Of a stretch of DNA of 64,000 nt, positions 1 through 9,858 are shown in pieces. Under the pieces are notes generated by a model. It made no database searches. It was not told the DNA's origin and worked only from the letters and a program-made list of their open reading frames with translations. Position numbers and translations under genes: made by a program. The stretch comes from an uncultured Nitrospirales bacterium (GTDB lineage Bacteria; Nitrospirota; Nitrospiria; Nitrospirales; NS-4): assembly GCA_964610095.1 (NCBI GenBank), contig CAZSUT010000001.1:626-64625 (forward strand), written 5' to 3'. The stretch's first letter is position 1, and each line of letters starts with the position of its first letter.

Positions 1-798
1 CGGCAGACGCAGTATCGCGTAGGCGCTCGGTTGTTGTTCGCGCAAAAAGTACATTTGCCCAAGCCCAATGGAAACAAGAACCAAAACTCCCTTCCGCTTC
101 CCGCCAGTGGATCCAGAGTGATGGTGAACGGCCGCAGGGATCGGATGAAACCAGATTCCCCAACCAGCACGACGAACACGCCAGGCGAAATCCATGTCCT
201 CAAAACCAAAGAAATAGCGGTTATCGAATCCTCCCACTGCTTCCCAAACGCTTCGGCGTACCAAAAAACAAGACCCCTCGACAGCATCCACGGGAAACGG
301 CTCCCCGCGTTGGAGGTGCCGCGCGTAGGGATGGATGATCGGAGAGTGTGTGAACACACGATTAAGTCTCGTTTCGTAAAGCAGGACTGAGGCAATGGTA
401 GGAAACGACGTCACGGAGACGTAGGGCCTGCCGTCTGACAGCAGCAACCGCGGCCCGACTACACCAACTTCCGGATGCTTCTCGATAAAATCAAAGAGGC
501 GGGTAAGACCACCAGGCACCAGCGTAGCATCGGGATTCAGTATGAGAAGATACTCCCCAGATGCCAGCGCGACCGCCTGATTTGCAGCCGTGGCGAAACC
601 TACGTTCTCTGCATTCTCCACCCACCGCACCTTCGGGAAACAGGGCTTTAATTGCCGAATGGTCCCGTCGCCCGATGCATTGTCCACCACGATGACTTCC
701 ATGTCTCCCTGTAATCCATTTTCGTCCACACTCCGTAAGCAGGCTTCAAGCAAGTTGCGGACTCGATAGGAAACTATTGCGACGCTTATCTTCGGCAA
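1..798 (-). CDS. Glycosyltransferase family 2 (C-terminus lies beyond left window edge)
   Basis: Not in ORF track (no stop in window). My minus-strand translation from TTG at 798 reads MPKISVAIVSYRVRNLLEACLRSVDENGLQGDMEVIVVDNASGDGT...NVGFATAANQA...LILNPDA, which are GT2/GT-A motifs. The frame stays open to nt 1 and overlaps the upstream stop by 13 nt. Confidence 0.8.
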   Translation of the reverse strand, partial: MPKISVAIVSYRVRNLLEACLRSVDENGLQGDMEVIVVDNASGDGTIRQLKPCFPKVRWVENAENVGFATAANQAVALASGEYLLILNPDATLVPGGLTRLFDFIEKHPEVGVVGPRLLLSDGRPYVSVTSFPTIASVLLYETRLNRVFTHSPIIHPYARHLQRGEPFPVDAVEGSCFLVRRSVWEAVGGFDNRYFFGFEDMDFAWRVRRAGWGIWFHPIPAAVHHHSGSTGGKRKGVLVLVSIGLGQMYFLREQQPSAYAILRLP

Positions 799-1730
799 AG
801 ATCTTCTTTCGTAATATGTGCTAGCCGGAGTCCTAATACGGATTCAAGAACCTCCCGATAGGCCCACCGTCGTGGATCGTTTCGTTTCGTGAGCAGCAGC
901 TTGAGAAGAAATTCGACGAGGATGAGACATTTCAACAGAAAAAGTTCAGCCACGCGCCGATGTTTCGCAAAGTACCGAAGCTCGCCGAGGGTCCCCGAGA
1001 GAGTGAGCAGGCCTCCTCTCACCTTTCCTTCGGACTGCCCTCCGTGATGGATGATCACGCCCCTGGGCACGTACTCGATCCGCCAGCCAGCCCGGCGGGC
1101 CCGCTCGCAGAGGTCGGTCTCTTCCATATAGAAGAAGTACCCTTCATCGAAGGGACCTACCTCCTCCAGCACGCGCCGACGCGCCATGAGACAGCCGCCG
1201 GACAGCCAGTCCACCGCCACCGGTTCTCCGCTCCGATGGGCGAGCTCCCAGATCTGCCGGTAGGGATTGATCCTGGGGTTGGTGTAGAAATAGTGCCGCA
1301 GGCCCGTGTGGGTGAGGAACAGGAACCACAGGTCCGGGGACGGGCAGATCGTGGGATATGCCGTCCCCTCCTCAAGCCGCTCGGTGGGTCCCACAATGCC
1401 GACTCCCTGCTGCTCTTTCAGTCGAGTGAGGAGCGGCCCGAGGGAATCAGGTAGCAGGCGGGTATCGGAGTTGAGGAAAAGAATGACCTCGCCCTTCGCC
1501 AGCGGCAAAGCCTGGTTGTTGGCGGCAGCGAACCCTCGATTGTCGGAGTTGGCAATGAGGCGCACCTCCGGAAACTGCTCCGTGACCAGCGCCGGACTCC
1601 CATCCGTGGAACCGTTGTCCACGACGAAGACTTCGTAGGATTCGGACGGCGGGTGGCGACGTATGGACTGGAGGCACTGCTCCAGCAACCCCTTGGTGTT
1701 GAAGCTGACGATAAGGATCGAGAGCGTCAC
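786..1730 (-). CDS. Glycosyltransferase family 2
   Basis: 314-aa ORF with LSILIVSFNTKGLLEQCL...EVFVVDNGSTDGS...NRGFAAANNQA...LNSDT (GT2 signature). 4-nt overlap with the upstream gene. Confidence 0.9.
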   Translation of the reverse strand: MTLSILIVSFNTKGLLEQCLQSIRRHPPSESYEVFVVDNGSTDGSPALVTEQFPEVRLIANSDNRGFAAANNQALPLAKGEVILFLNSDTRLLPDSLGPLLTRLKEQQGVGIVGPTERLEEGTAYPTICPSPDLWFLFLTHTGLRHYFYTNPRINPYRQIWELAHRSGEPVAVDWLSGGCLMARRRVLEEVGPFDEGYFFYMEETDLCERARRAGWRIEYVPRGVIIHHGGQSEGKVRGGLLTLSGTLGELRYFAKHRRVAELFLLKCLILVEFLLKLLLTKRNDPRRWAYREVLESVLGLRLAHITKEDLCRR

Positions 1731-2836
1731 CGCGTCTCCAACACTTCCCGGTATACCCGCTCGAACCGCTCTACGATCCGGTCCCAGCGGTACTTCGCCC
1801 CGGCCCTCTTTGCTCCTTGGCGCATGGCCTGTTGTAACGCCGGGTTCCCGAGGATAGTGCGCATCGCCTCGGCCAAGGCTTTTGGGTCGGCGGGCGGCAC
1901 GACGAATCCGCTTCGGCCCTGCTCCACGGCCATCGCGCTGCCGCAGGCCGTCGTCGCAACGACCGGACAGCCTTCATTGAGCGCTTCCACCACCACGATC
2001 CCGAAGGGTTCCATCACGCTCGAGAGCACGAACAGATCGACGTGCCGCATCAGGGCCAGAACAGTTGCGTGCGACAGCCAGCCATGGAACATCACGAGCG
2101 AGGCGATGCCGATCCGGGAGGCGAGGGTTTCCAGTTCGGCACGCTGCGGCCCATCGCCGACCATGTGCAGCGTCAGCCCTGGCCAGTCTTTGGCGAGCGC
2201 GCCAATGGCCGGTAAGAGGTAGGTTTCGCCCTTGTCCGGTTCCAGGTGCCCGACAAACAGCAGGTTCGGTCCGGTCCTTCTCAGCATCAGTTTGGCGGCC
2301 TCTTCGACCTCCGGCAGAACCCGTTCCGGCTGATAGCCGTGCGGGAGGGATTCAACCGGACCGGTGGCGTAGGGACTGATCGCGGTCGCGAAGAGATCGC
2401 TGACGGCCAGGGTCTTGGTGGCGTGACGGATTGCCGGGCCTACCTCAATCCTCCGGCGAAGCCGTCCGGCTTCATGAAAATCCATCCCCTGGATATAGGT
2501 GATGGCAGGAATCGATAGCAGCCTGCCGACAATAACCGCGAAGAGCCCGCAAGAGGCCGCCTGCCCCTGCACCAGGTCGGGACGGATCTTCCTGGCCAGC
2601 AGAAGAATCTGCAGAAGTCGCTGCACCGTCCCGGCGAAAGGCAGAGGCCAGACGCGCAGACGATGGACCCGGACCTGCCCCACCGTTTCTTCTGGCGGGA
2701 TCCCATCGGAGCGGGCCACGATCACTGACACCTCCCACCCGCGCCGGGTGAGGGCCTGGGCCAAGGAGGCCGTGGCCATGGCGGTCCCGCGGAGCTGCTG
2801 CGGTGGGAACTCGTTGACGATGAGGAGCAGCCTCAT
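1727..2836 (-). CDS. Glycosyltransferase family 4 (GT-B, GT1/GT4-type)
   Basis: 369 aa. MRLLLIVNEFPP N-terminus; C-terminal EPFGIVVVEALNEGCPVV region is typical of GT4. Confidence 0.85.
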   Translation of the reverse strand: MRLLLIVNEFPPQQLRGTAMATASLAQALTRRGWEVSVIVARSDGIPPEETVGQVRVHRLRVWPLPFAGTVQRLLQILLLARKIRPDLVQGQAASCGLFAVIVGRLLSIPAITYIQGMDFHEAGRLRRRIEVGPAIRHATKTLAVSDLFATAISPYATGPVESLPHGYQPERVLPEVEEAAKLMLRRTGPNLLFVGHLEPDKGETYLLPAIGALAKDWPGLTLHMVGDGPQRAELETLASRIGIASLVMFHGWLSHATVLALMRHVDLFVLSSVMEPFGIVVVEALNEGCPVVATTACGSAMAVEQGRSGFVVPPADPKALAEAMRTILGNPALQQAMRQGAKRAGAKYRWDRIVERFERVYREVLETR

Positions 2837-3969
2837 TTCAGTAAGTCTTTCGCCGCCGCATAGACCTCATCCACCGTGATGGCCCAGGGAAAGGCGGCGT
2901 CCTTCTGATCCCGGATGTTGAACGGGACGGGATTCAGGAGCATCACGGCCTCATCCGGCTCGTAGCGGTGGTAGCGGATTTGACCCGGGCCGATCAAGCC
3001 GATCGTCGGCCGCTGCCGTGCGATCGCGACGTGCATAGGCCCTGAGTCATTTCCGATAAAAAGGTGCGCGACGTCAATTAAGGCCGCCATCTGGAAGAGA
3101 TCCGTAGTGCCTGTCGTATTCAGGTAGCTTCCTTGGGGAAGCCCCTCGACGACCTGCTCAGTGAAAACGTACTCGTCGCGTGTTCCTACCAACACAATCC
3201 CGAACCCGTCCGCCACGAGCCGCTTTGCCAATTCCATGAATCGGTCAACAGGCCAAAGTTGGGCCGAATGCGTCGCACCGACATGCATACAGACCACGCG
3301 GTGGCGAGTGGGCATCGCTCGCCTGATACGATTCCGTGCCGCTTCAATCTCCTGAGGCTCAAGCGGACATTCTGTGGCAAGATCCTTACCGCAGTCGCCC
3401 AGAAGGCCTACCACGTCCAAGAAAAACGGCCGGTAGTGCCGACCGTCCAGGAGCGACTCCGGGACGGATCGATCAAAGACACCATGGCCGGACACATAGT
3501 CCGGGTTGATGCCGACTCGAAACCTCGCTTTCGAGCGCACCGCCAGCCAGAGCTCTAAAAGGTACCATTGGGGAAGCCAGGTATGGTGGAAGCTGATGTA
3601 AATATCAACCGGCGTTATCCGCATGAAGCGAATCGGCTTCATCAAGGCCCGCCAGAACGGCACGCTCCCAATCCGCCTCAACTCCAAATCAAAAAGAGGA
3701 AATTCGCATCCTTCCCCCACATAGGGAAACCGGAAGAGGAACGCCGCGTTCTTGACTCTGTACGTCACGATGTCGATGGTGGCCATAGGATACAAGCGGT
3801 GGAGAGCCCGGAGCGCCGGTGTGATAAGGAGCAGATCTCCAACCCCGCTCATCTGGAACACCACGATCCGGCGGACTGACTCTGGAACAGGCAGTGGCAT
3901 CCGTCCTCGCGCGATCTGCGACAGCGCAGAGAGCAGCCGGATGAGCCTCCTGACGGGCCTATCTTTCAC
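2833..3969 (-). CDS. Glycosyltransferase family 9 (heptosyltransferase-like)
   Basis: 378 aa. VFQMSGVGDLLLITPALRALHRLYP and FIGNDSGPMHVA are characteristic GT9 motifs. Confidence 0.8.
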   Translation of the reverse strand: MKDRPVRRLIRLLSALSQIARGRMPLPVPESVRRIVVFQMSGVGDLLLITPALRALHRLYPMATIDIVTYRVKNAAFLFRFPYVGEGCEFPLFDLELRRIGSVPFWRALMKPIRFMRITPVDIYISFHHTWLPQWYLLELWLAVRSKARFRVGINPDYVSGHGVFDRSVPESLLDGRHYRPFFLDVVGLLGDCGKDLATECPLEPQEIEAARNRIRRAMPTRHRVVCMHVGATHSAQLWPVDRFMELAKRLVADGFGIVLVGTRDEYVFTEQVVEGLPQGSYLNTTGTTDLFQMAALIDVAHLFIGNDSGPMHVAIARQRPTIGLIGPGQIRYHRYEPDEAVMLLNPVPFNIRDQKDAAFPWAITVDEVYAAAKDLLK

Positions 3970-4804
3970 AGTCCCCTACTTTTCGAGCTACAAGAATGGT
4001 GCCACCGGCAATCCCATCATGTACAGCCTCCTCCTGGTAGAAAAGAGTGATAAGCCGCAAAAAGATACGCTTCCAGAACCGCTCGCCGCCGATCCGGCGC
4101 AAAACGCCAGACATAAAATAGAAGGTGCCGTCGTTCGTCCAGAAACCAGGAAAAGGGAATGGTTGCTCAAAAATTGATTCCAGGAATGTGATGAACCGAG
4201 CGGTGCGAGGACTGAGGAAGGGGTCAAACCCGATCGGCTCAAAGCCAGCCTGCCGAAATCGCTTCGTCCACTCTACCGGTCCGAACAGATTCAGGTGTGC
4301 CATTCTCTGATCGTGGGCGTCCACGATCCTGCGGCCTAGTTTAGGGAATCCTAGCGTGGAGAGGACACTATTCCAGAAATAGAGGGCCTTCCAGTTAGAA
4401 CTGGGCACCGTGGCGATAAGGGTCCCGCCAGGACGAAGTACCCGAGCCGCTTCCGTAAGGCACGCGTCAATAGCCCAAAGGTGTTCGACAACGCAGATGC
4501 CTAAGATGGATCCGAAAGTCCCTGCCCGGAAGGGAAGATGGCGGGCATCTCCTTGGACGACCTTTTTCATGAATAGCTTCGCCTTTGGCAGCGGGGAAGG
4601 ATCCACATCGATCCCGACGGATTCGACATCTCCCAAGAAAAGATGGTGGATCGCACCGTCCCCACACCCAAGGTCAAGGATAGGAGGTGAGCACAGAGCC
4701 TGATAGTGATAGACACCGCGCCACTCCAAAGCCCGGAAGAGGGCGAGTGATACCTTCCACGGATACAAGTCAACCAATGCATCAAGCCTTGGATCCTTAA
4801 TCAA
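3959..4804 (-). CDS. Class I SAM-dependent methyltransferase
   Basis: 281 aa. ILDLGCGDG motif I and LRPGGTL. TTG start overlaps the upstream stop (TTGA). Confidence 0.8.
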   Translation of the reverse strand: MIKDPRLDALVDLYPWKVSLALFRALEWRGVYHYQALCSPPILDLGCGDGAIHHLFLGDVESVGIDVDPSPLPKAKLFMKKVVQGDARHLPFRAGTFGSILGICVVEHLWAIDACLTEAARVLRPGGTLIATVPSSNWKALYFWNSVLSTLGFPKLGRRIVDAHDQRMAHLNLFGPVEWTKRFRQAGFEPIGFDPFLSPRTARFITFLESIFEQPFPFPGFWTNDGTFYFMSGVLRRIGGERFWKRIFLRLITLFYQEEAVHDGIAGGTILVARKVGDCER

Positions 4805-5718
4805 TGGGGATTCTTTTTCGCAAGAAGGCGGATCACGTCTGATTCACCCTTCACTCCTGCCTTGTAGAGTTCATTCGCATACCGGGCCGCTCTGACCAAC
4901 ACTCCGAAGACTGGGTTGGCCTTGTTCCGTTCATAGAATCGCCTGGCCCTGTCCATGCTCCCACACGCAGCGTTGAGGAGCCCTGTACCTTCCACTTCAC
5001 GGTGAGCCGAACAGACCTCGAATCCCCGCCCGACAAGAAGCCGCGTGAGTGTCCGTTCGCTGAAATAAAAGAGATGCTCCGGCACCTTTATGTGCGTCCA
5101 GTGATTCCCCTCGCGCTTGGCTGTTCCAGAGTCGATATCCGGAGTTTCAATCCATAGCAGGCCGCCTGCAACCAACCAGCCCTTGATCCGTTGCACCATC
5201 CTCACTGGATCTCGGAAGTGTTCGATCACGTGCTGCAGAGTCACCACATCAAACGACTCCAAGGGGAACACGACCTCTTCCAGTGGACCGGTCAGAATTT
5301 CCTGGCTGCCGTACCGTTCCCGGGCGTAGGCAGTCGCAAAACTCGACACGTCCGCTCCCGCGGTCTTCCACCCCCTGTCCCGAGCCGCCTTCAAGAGAAA
5401 ACCAGGGCCGCATCCTAGGTCGAGGAGCCGTCCTTTGCCTCCCCGCACTCGCTCAATCTCATCCAGAATCCCGTGGCAACTTTCGAGCCGTCGCACAATC
5501 CGCGCAGGATCGAGCACATTCTCCTGCCCTCTCTCCTTCACTGCACAATCACCCCGGTAATAGCCCTCCGCGTAAAGAAGATCGTCAGGACAGGCAGGCT
5601 GGGGATTGAGCAGGACAAGCGAACAGGTTGAGCACCGGTCCACCCCTTGTCCTGCAATCTCAAACAAGGTGCCGAGCTTCTGCGAACCGCACAGCGGACA
5701 GCATGAGAAACGTGTCAT
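4801..5718 (-). CDS. SAM-dependent methyltransferase with N-terminal zinc ribbon
   Basis: 305 aa. CPLCGS...CSTCS zinc ribbon, then LLDLGCGPGFLL motif I. Confidence 0.8.
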   Translation of the reverse strand: MTRFSCCPLCGSQKLGTLFEIAGQGVDRCSTCSLVLLNPQPACPDDLLYAEGYYRGDCAVKERGQENVLDPARIVRRLESCHGILDEIERVRGGKGRLLDLGCGPGFLLKAARDRGWKTAGADVSSFATAYARERYGSQEILTGPLEEVVFPLESFDVVTLQHVIEHFRDPVRMVQRIKGWLVAGGLLWIETPDIDSGTAKREGNHWTHIKVPEHLFYFSERTLTRLLVGRGFEVCSAHREVEGTGLLNAACGSMDRARRFYERNKANPVFGVLVRAARYANELYKAGVKGESDVIRLLAKKNPH

Positions 5719-7301
5719 CCGGATTTCCGTACGAGCACCCGCACCATTGGAAGATAATCGCTCAGCAGCTCCCGATCGTGATGATCAAGAACACCGGCCA
5801 CACGAATGGTAATGAGATACACAGTCACGTACAGAATAATACAGCTGACGAGCGCGAGCAACGCCGGTCCACGTTCAGCCTCCCCCACCCAGCCCGCCGC
5901 CCATCCGATGAAAAGCAGCGAAACGACGGCCGGAGGAAAGTTTAGAAGAAAAATACCACCCGCCTGGCGTAACTGGTCGCCCCACGACCGCTTAAAATCC
6001 CGGCAAAAGAGAACCAACAGATACCCATTGCTCAGGATGAGGGCCACCGTGGTTCCGATCAAGACACCCGTGTAACCAAATGGGAATATCAAAGCCAGGG
6101 ACAGCAGGAGGTTGAGTCCACCTTGGATCAAAGAAATCCGCATGAGAGGCCCCACCCACCCGATACCAGCACCGATGGTCGTCACCATTCCCATGCTCAC
6201 CACTGTCCAATACCCAGTCGAGAGCAACAGAATCGCCAGGTGGACATCAGACAACACGTGGCCAAGCCACACCTGAAGAATCAGATGAGCGGTAAGCCAG
6301 GTGCCGACCAGCGTAGGAACGCTCAAGAGAAGGAGACACTTCGTTCCCAGCTCAAATAGCATCCAGAGACGCCTTTGATCCTCTTTGCCGGCAAGCGCTG
6401 AAGCAGCCGGGAATATGGCTCCCAGCATGATCTGCGGAAGATCGTGCAGCAAGTAGGAGACCTTCGCCCCGAGATCGTAGAAAGTGACATATCGTAGCGG
6501 CACGAAGAGTCCAAGCAGAATCTTATCAGCCTGATAACTGACCAGCTGAGCGACTTGGGAGATCTGGAAACGAATTCCATACCCGAAGAGAGCCTTGATG
6601 GCCGCAAACCGAAGGTCCTGTCTCCTCCAGGCCAAAGCCGGGAAGGCGATCTTAGCTTGAACGGCGAGAAGAAGGAGTTGGAGCAGATACACGATGCATG
6701 CAATCGTCACCAACCCTAAGAGTCCCCACCCGAGGCGCAACACAAGGTACGATCCCAGAAGATTGGGAATGGACACGGCGATCAGAGTCAAATTAACCAG
6801 ATCCATCCGCTGAAACCCTTTCAGCAACCCATCAAAGAGGGAAACAAGGTTCATGAGGAAGAGGACGACGAGGCCGACCTGAAACGTCCGCGCGGCTTCG
6901 GAGCGGAGACCTTCTGGTATGTAAAAGAGGGAGGCGATCCATCCCACCACCGGCCAAAGCAACATGACGACAACGGCCCCTAGCGCGAGATAGAAGAAAA
7001 GCGCGCTGGCAAGAACTCGGTTGATCGACAACGTATCGCCTTTTGACTGGTATTCAGAAAAGTACTTTACAAGCGCGGAGCCCAATCCCATATCAAGCAA
7101 GAGGAAGTACTGGGTGAGGGACCAGAAGAGGGCCCAGACGGCGAAGCGATCCTGGCCAAGATAGGAAAGGATAAGCGGGGTCAGAAGCAGATTGGTAGAG
7201 ATAAGCCAAAGGCGTCCCACCGCATTAAAAGCGGTGTTCCGCAGAATTCGTCTCGAAATCGGAGCGTCCGGTTCGTTCAGCGTAAACACGTTACCTGGCA
7301 A
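5715..7301 (-). CDS. wzx: Oligosaccharide/polysaccharide flippase (MOP superfamily, Wzx-like)
   Basis: 528 aa with more than 10 predicted TM helices. N-terminus RRILRNTAFNAVGRLWLISTNLLLTPLILSYLGQDRFAVWALF is typical of polysaccharide biosynthesis flippases. Confidence 0.75.
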   Translation of the reverse strand: MPGNVFTLNEPDAPISRRILRNTAFNAVGRLWLISTNLLLTPLILSYLGQDRFAVWALFWSLTQYFLLLDMGLGSALVKYFSEYQSKGDTLSINRVLASALFFYLALGAVVVMLLWPVVGWIASLFYIPEGLRSEAARTFQVGLVVLFLMNLVSLFDGLLKGFQRMDLVNLTLIAVSIPNLLGSYLVLRLGWGLLGLVTIACIVYLLQLLLLAVQAKIAFPALAWRRQDLRFAAIKALFGYGIRFQISQVAQLVSYQADKILLGLFVPLRYVTFYDLGAKVSYLLHDLPQIMLGAIFPAASALAGKEDQRRLWMLFELGTKCLLLLSVPTLVGTWLTAHLILQVWLGHVLSDVHLAILLLSTGYWTVVSMGMVTTIGAGIGWVGPLMRISLIQGGLNLLLSLALIFPFGYTGVLIGTTVALILSNGYLLVLFCRDFKRSWGDQLRQAGGIFLLNFPPAVVSLLFIGWAAGWVGEAERGPALLALVSCIILYVTVYLITIRVAGVLDHHDRELLSDYLPMVRVLVRKSG

Positions 7302-7338
7302 CCAGCCGATCCGAAACGGTATGCCTCTCCTGGCTCAT

Positions 7339-8109
7339 TCAAAAGAGTGGCCTCCTAGCATAAACAAGGAGCTGGAGGCACATCCTGTTTAAAACCGGCG
7401 TACGAGCCCAGCGATGGTCAAGCTGAATGAGTAAGCGAGTAATCGCAACATTCCAAGGGACATAGCGCAATAGGGGAAGGTGGTCCGGGAACCCTGCCAG
7501 GACATAGGCGCTGTAGCCGAACCGTTCCATCCGTATCTCCCGGAAGCCGGTCGTCTCGATGAGGTTCCGGAGCTGATCAGATAGGAAACCTTCATCCTCC
7601 TCATCGAACTTGTCGGAGAAGCGGTACATCAGCCTCCGCACCGTCCGTACAAACCACCAATCGTTGCTGGGCTCAGAGAGGATAAACTCTCCACCGGGAC
7701 GTAAAACCCGGTGTATTTCAGCAAGCGCAGCCCGACGGTCCGGAACATGATGCAGCACCCCCCGGCAGATCACGAGGTCAAAGGAGGCGCTCCCAAGCGG
7801 CAGGGCTGAGCCATCGCCCACAACCAGCGGCGTGTCTAGCTTCCGCGCTGCCTGCATCATCTCCTGCGAAACATCGGAGCCAACCACGAAGCGATACTTC
7901 TGCGTGAGGTCAGCAAGCAGGACGCCGGTTCCACATCCAAGCTCCAAAACTCGATCCGCCTGCATATGGTTCATTGCGAAAAGCGCTCGGTTCCACTCCT
8001 TCTGGAACACTTGGGAAAAAGCATCGCGGTAACGGATCGCGTAATTGCCCACAAGGCGCTTGTGTAATTCTTTTTCACGCTCGAAGCGGCTCTCTCTCCG
8101 TGAGATCAT
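7339..8109 (-). CDS. Class I SAM-dependent methyltransferase
   Basis: 256 aa. VLELGCGTGVLL motif I and LRPGGEF. ATGA overlap with the upstream GT2 stop. Confidence 0.8.
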   Translation of the reverse strand: MISRRESRFEREKELHKRLVGNYAIRYRDAFSQVFQKEWNRALFAMNHMQADRVLELGCGTGVLLADLTQKYRFVVGSDVSQEMMQAARKLDTPLVVGDGSALPLGSASFDLVICRGVLHHVPDRRAALAEIHRVLRPGGEFILSEPSNDWWFVRTVRRLMYRFSDKFDEEDEGFLSDQLRNLIETTGFREIRMERFGYSAYVLAGFPDHLPLLRYVPWNVAITRLLIQLDHRWARTPVLNRMCLQLLVYARRPLF

Positions 8110-8981
8110 CTTCTTCTCACGATGAGATCTGCCAAAATTCCGATGGCCGCCGTCAAAAAGGTCCCAACGAAAAGGATGATGGAGGTGTCGGCCAGATTGG
8201 CGAGCACGAAGACGTCGTAGCTCATGCGGGCGAGGGTCAGAAGCAACATGAAGAGACTCGCCGGCAAAAAGATACGCAACGGGTTGAAATACGTGATCGT
8301 GCGAACGATCAGAATCAAAAAATAGAGCGCGTCGGTAGCTCTAATCTTTGACCGCCCGACCCTCTTCTGGTAGTTGATCGGGACAAAACGGACGCCAAGC
8401 CCCTCTGAGAGAAAGGCCAGCGTGAGCGTCGTCGTGAAGGAGAACCGGTTGGGGAGGATGTGGATATACCGTAACGCGGCCTCCCTCCGGAACGCGCGCA
8501 GGCCAGAATTGAGGTCTGGAATCTTCCGCTCCGAAAGGTACTCCGCAAGCCTTCTCAACAGCCACTTCGCAGGTTTCCGAAAAAGCGGCATGCTCACATC
8601 TGGACCGGTCCTGGCCCCGACCACCATCTCAGTCCCCTCATCCCACCCATCTAGTAGGCGGGGAATCTCTTCCGTCGGATAAGTCCCGTCCGCGTCTATA
8701 ATGAGAGTAATGGGAAACCGCGCGGCATGGATCCCAGTCTTCAGGGCGGCGCCATAACCTCGGTTTTCCTCGTGTCGCAGGACTCGCACCTTCTCCGCAT
8801 ACGCGTTGATCCTTTCGCGCGTTCGATCGGTCGAACCATCATCGACGAGGAGGAGCTCATATAGCATTCCCGTCCGTCCCATTTCAGAAAGGAGCCGTTC
8901 AATGAGGGAACCAATCCCTCCCTCCTCGTTATACACAGGAACGATGATGCTGACGCCTGCAGCCTTACATTCCGTTCCCAA
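8106..8981 (-). CDS. Polyprenol-phosphate glycosyltransferase (GT2, ArnC/GtrB/DPM1-like) with C-terminal TM helices
   Basis: 291 aa. VSIIVPVYNEEGGIGSLIERL...LLLVDDGSTDRT...ENRGYGAALKTG, plus two hydrophobic C-terminal helices. Confidence 0.8.
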   Translation of the reverse strand: MGTECKAAGVSIIVPVYNEEGGIGSLIERLLSEMGRTGMLYELLLVDDGSTDRTRERINAYAEKVRVLRHEENRGYGAALKTGIHAARFPITLIIDADGTYPTEEIPRLLDGWDEGTEMVVGARTGPDVSMPLFRKPAKWLLRRLAEYLSERKIPDLNSGLRAFRREAALRYIHILPNRFSFTTTLTLAFLSEGLGVRFVPINYQKRVGRSKIRATDALYFLILIVRTITYFNPLRIFLPASLFMLLLTLARMSYDVFVLANLADTSIILFVGTFLTAAIGILADLIVRRR

Positions 8982-8984
8982 GTT

Positions 8985-9830
8985 CTACCCCTTCCAAGAA
9001 GACGCAATGGCAAGTAGACAGATCCTGTCATACGGAATACCATGTTGGATTTCTTGGCGAAACACTTGATAACCACACTGCTTCAGCAGATATGGATAAT
9101 TGTGATTGAACGCTATACTTCCACGAGGTCGTGAGACCACTTCGCTGGCCGCACTTGATTCAGCGAGCGCAAAGATGGCTATCGCGGCCGGACTGACTTT
9201 CTCTCGAACGCGACGAAATAATTCCTCCAACTCTTTCTGAGTAAAAAACTCAAACGTTTCACTCGCCACAAAAATAGTTCCTTCGTCGCATTGGCATTGA
9301 ATCCAATCGGTAATTTCTCCATGAACAAACTCTAATGCTGTGCCTTGATAGGTTCGCTGATCCTCCAGAATCTGTTCCTTGTTCAAATCGACACCGACAA
9401 ACCGTTTGACGGAGGGGAACTGCCTAGATAGATCATGCAAAAACATCCCGTTTCCTGTCCCTATTTCACAAATAGTCCGATACTGTCCAGAGGAGGCAAG
9501 AAGATCTGATATCTGGCGGGCAAGGAAGCGTCGTGGACGTAGAAATTCGCTGTTATGCGCGTCTTGCTCATCGTATCTTTCTTTCGTAAACTCATGCCAC
9601 CTTTTACCCGGCGTGGCCCCCCAGAACTCTTCTCTGCAGCGTCTTCTAAACTCCTCCTCCGTGTTCGACGAGTAATACTGTCTATTCAATTCAGCACGGA
9701 TAATATCGGCAATTACACCCGCGGGGCCTTTCCCTGTAAAAAACTCGTCGCGGACACGCGATTGATAAGACTCGGGTACGATCTTGACAATACACCGACC
9801 GACATACACATGCGGCCGCGTGCTGAACAT
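8985..9830 (-). CDS. SAM-dependent methyltransferase (start re-called)
   Basis: ICEIGTGNGMFL motif I. The ORF-track start 10034 would overlap the upstream gene by 176 nt, so I use the first ATG (9830) after the upstream stop at 9859. The region is visibly more A/T-rich. Confidence 0.65.
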   Translation of the reverse strand: MFSTRPHVYVGRCIVKIVPESYQSRVRDEFFTGKGPAGVIADIIRAELNRQYYSSNTEEEFRRRCREEFWGATPGKRWHEFTKERYDEQDAHNSEFLRPRRFLARQISDLLASSGQYRTICEIGTGNGMFLHDLSRQFPSVKRFVGVDLNKEQILEDQRTYQGTALEFVHGEITDWIQCQCDEGTIFVASETFEFFTQKELEELFRRVREKVSPAAIAIFALAESSAASEVVSRPRGSIAFNHNYPYLLKQCGYQVFRQEIQHGIPYDRICLLAIASSWKG

Positions 9831-9858
9831 CAAATGCCAGGTCTTCTTGAGAATCTGT

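Noticed and set aside
31-390. 119-aa plus-strand ORF at the left edge
   Set aside because: It is antisense to a minus-strand GT2 gene with unmistakable motifs (VVDNASGDGT etc.). The translation is low-complexity with no motif.
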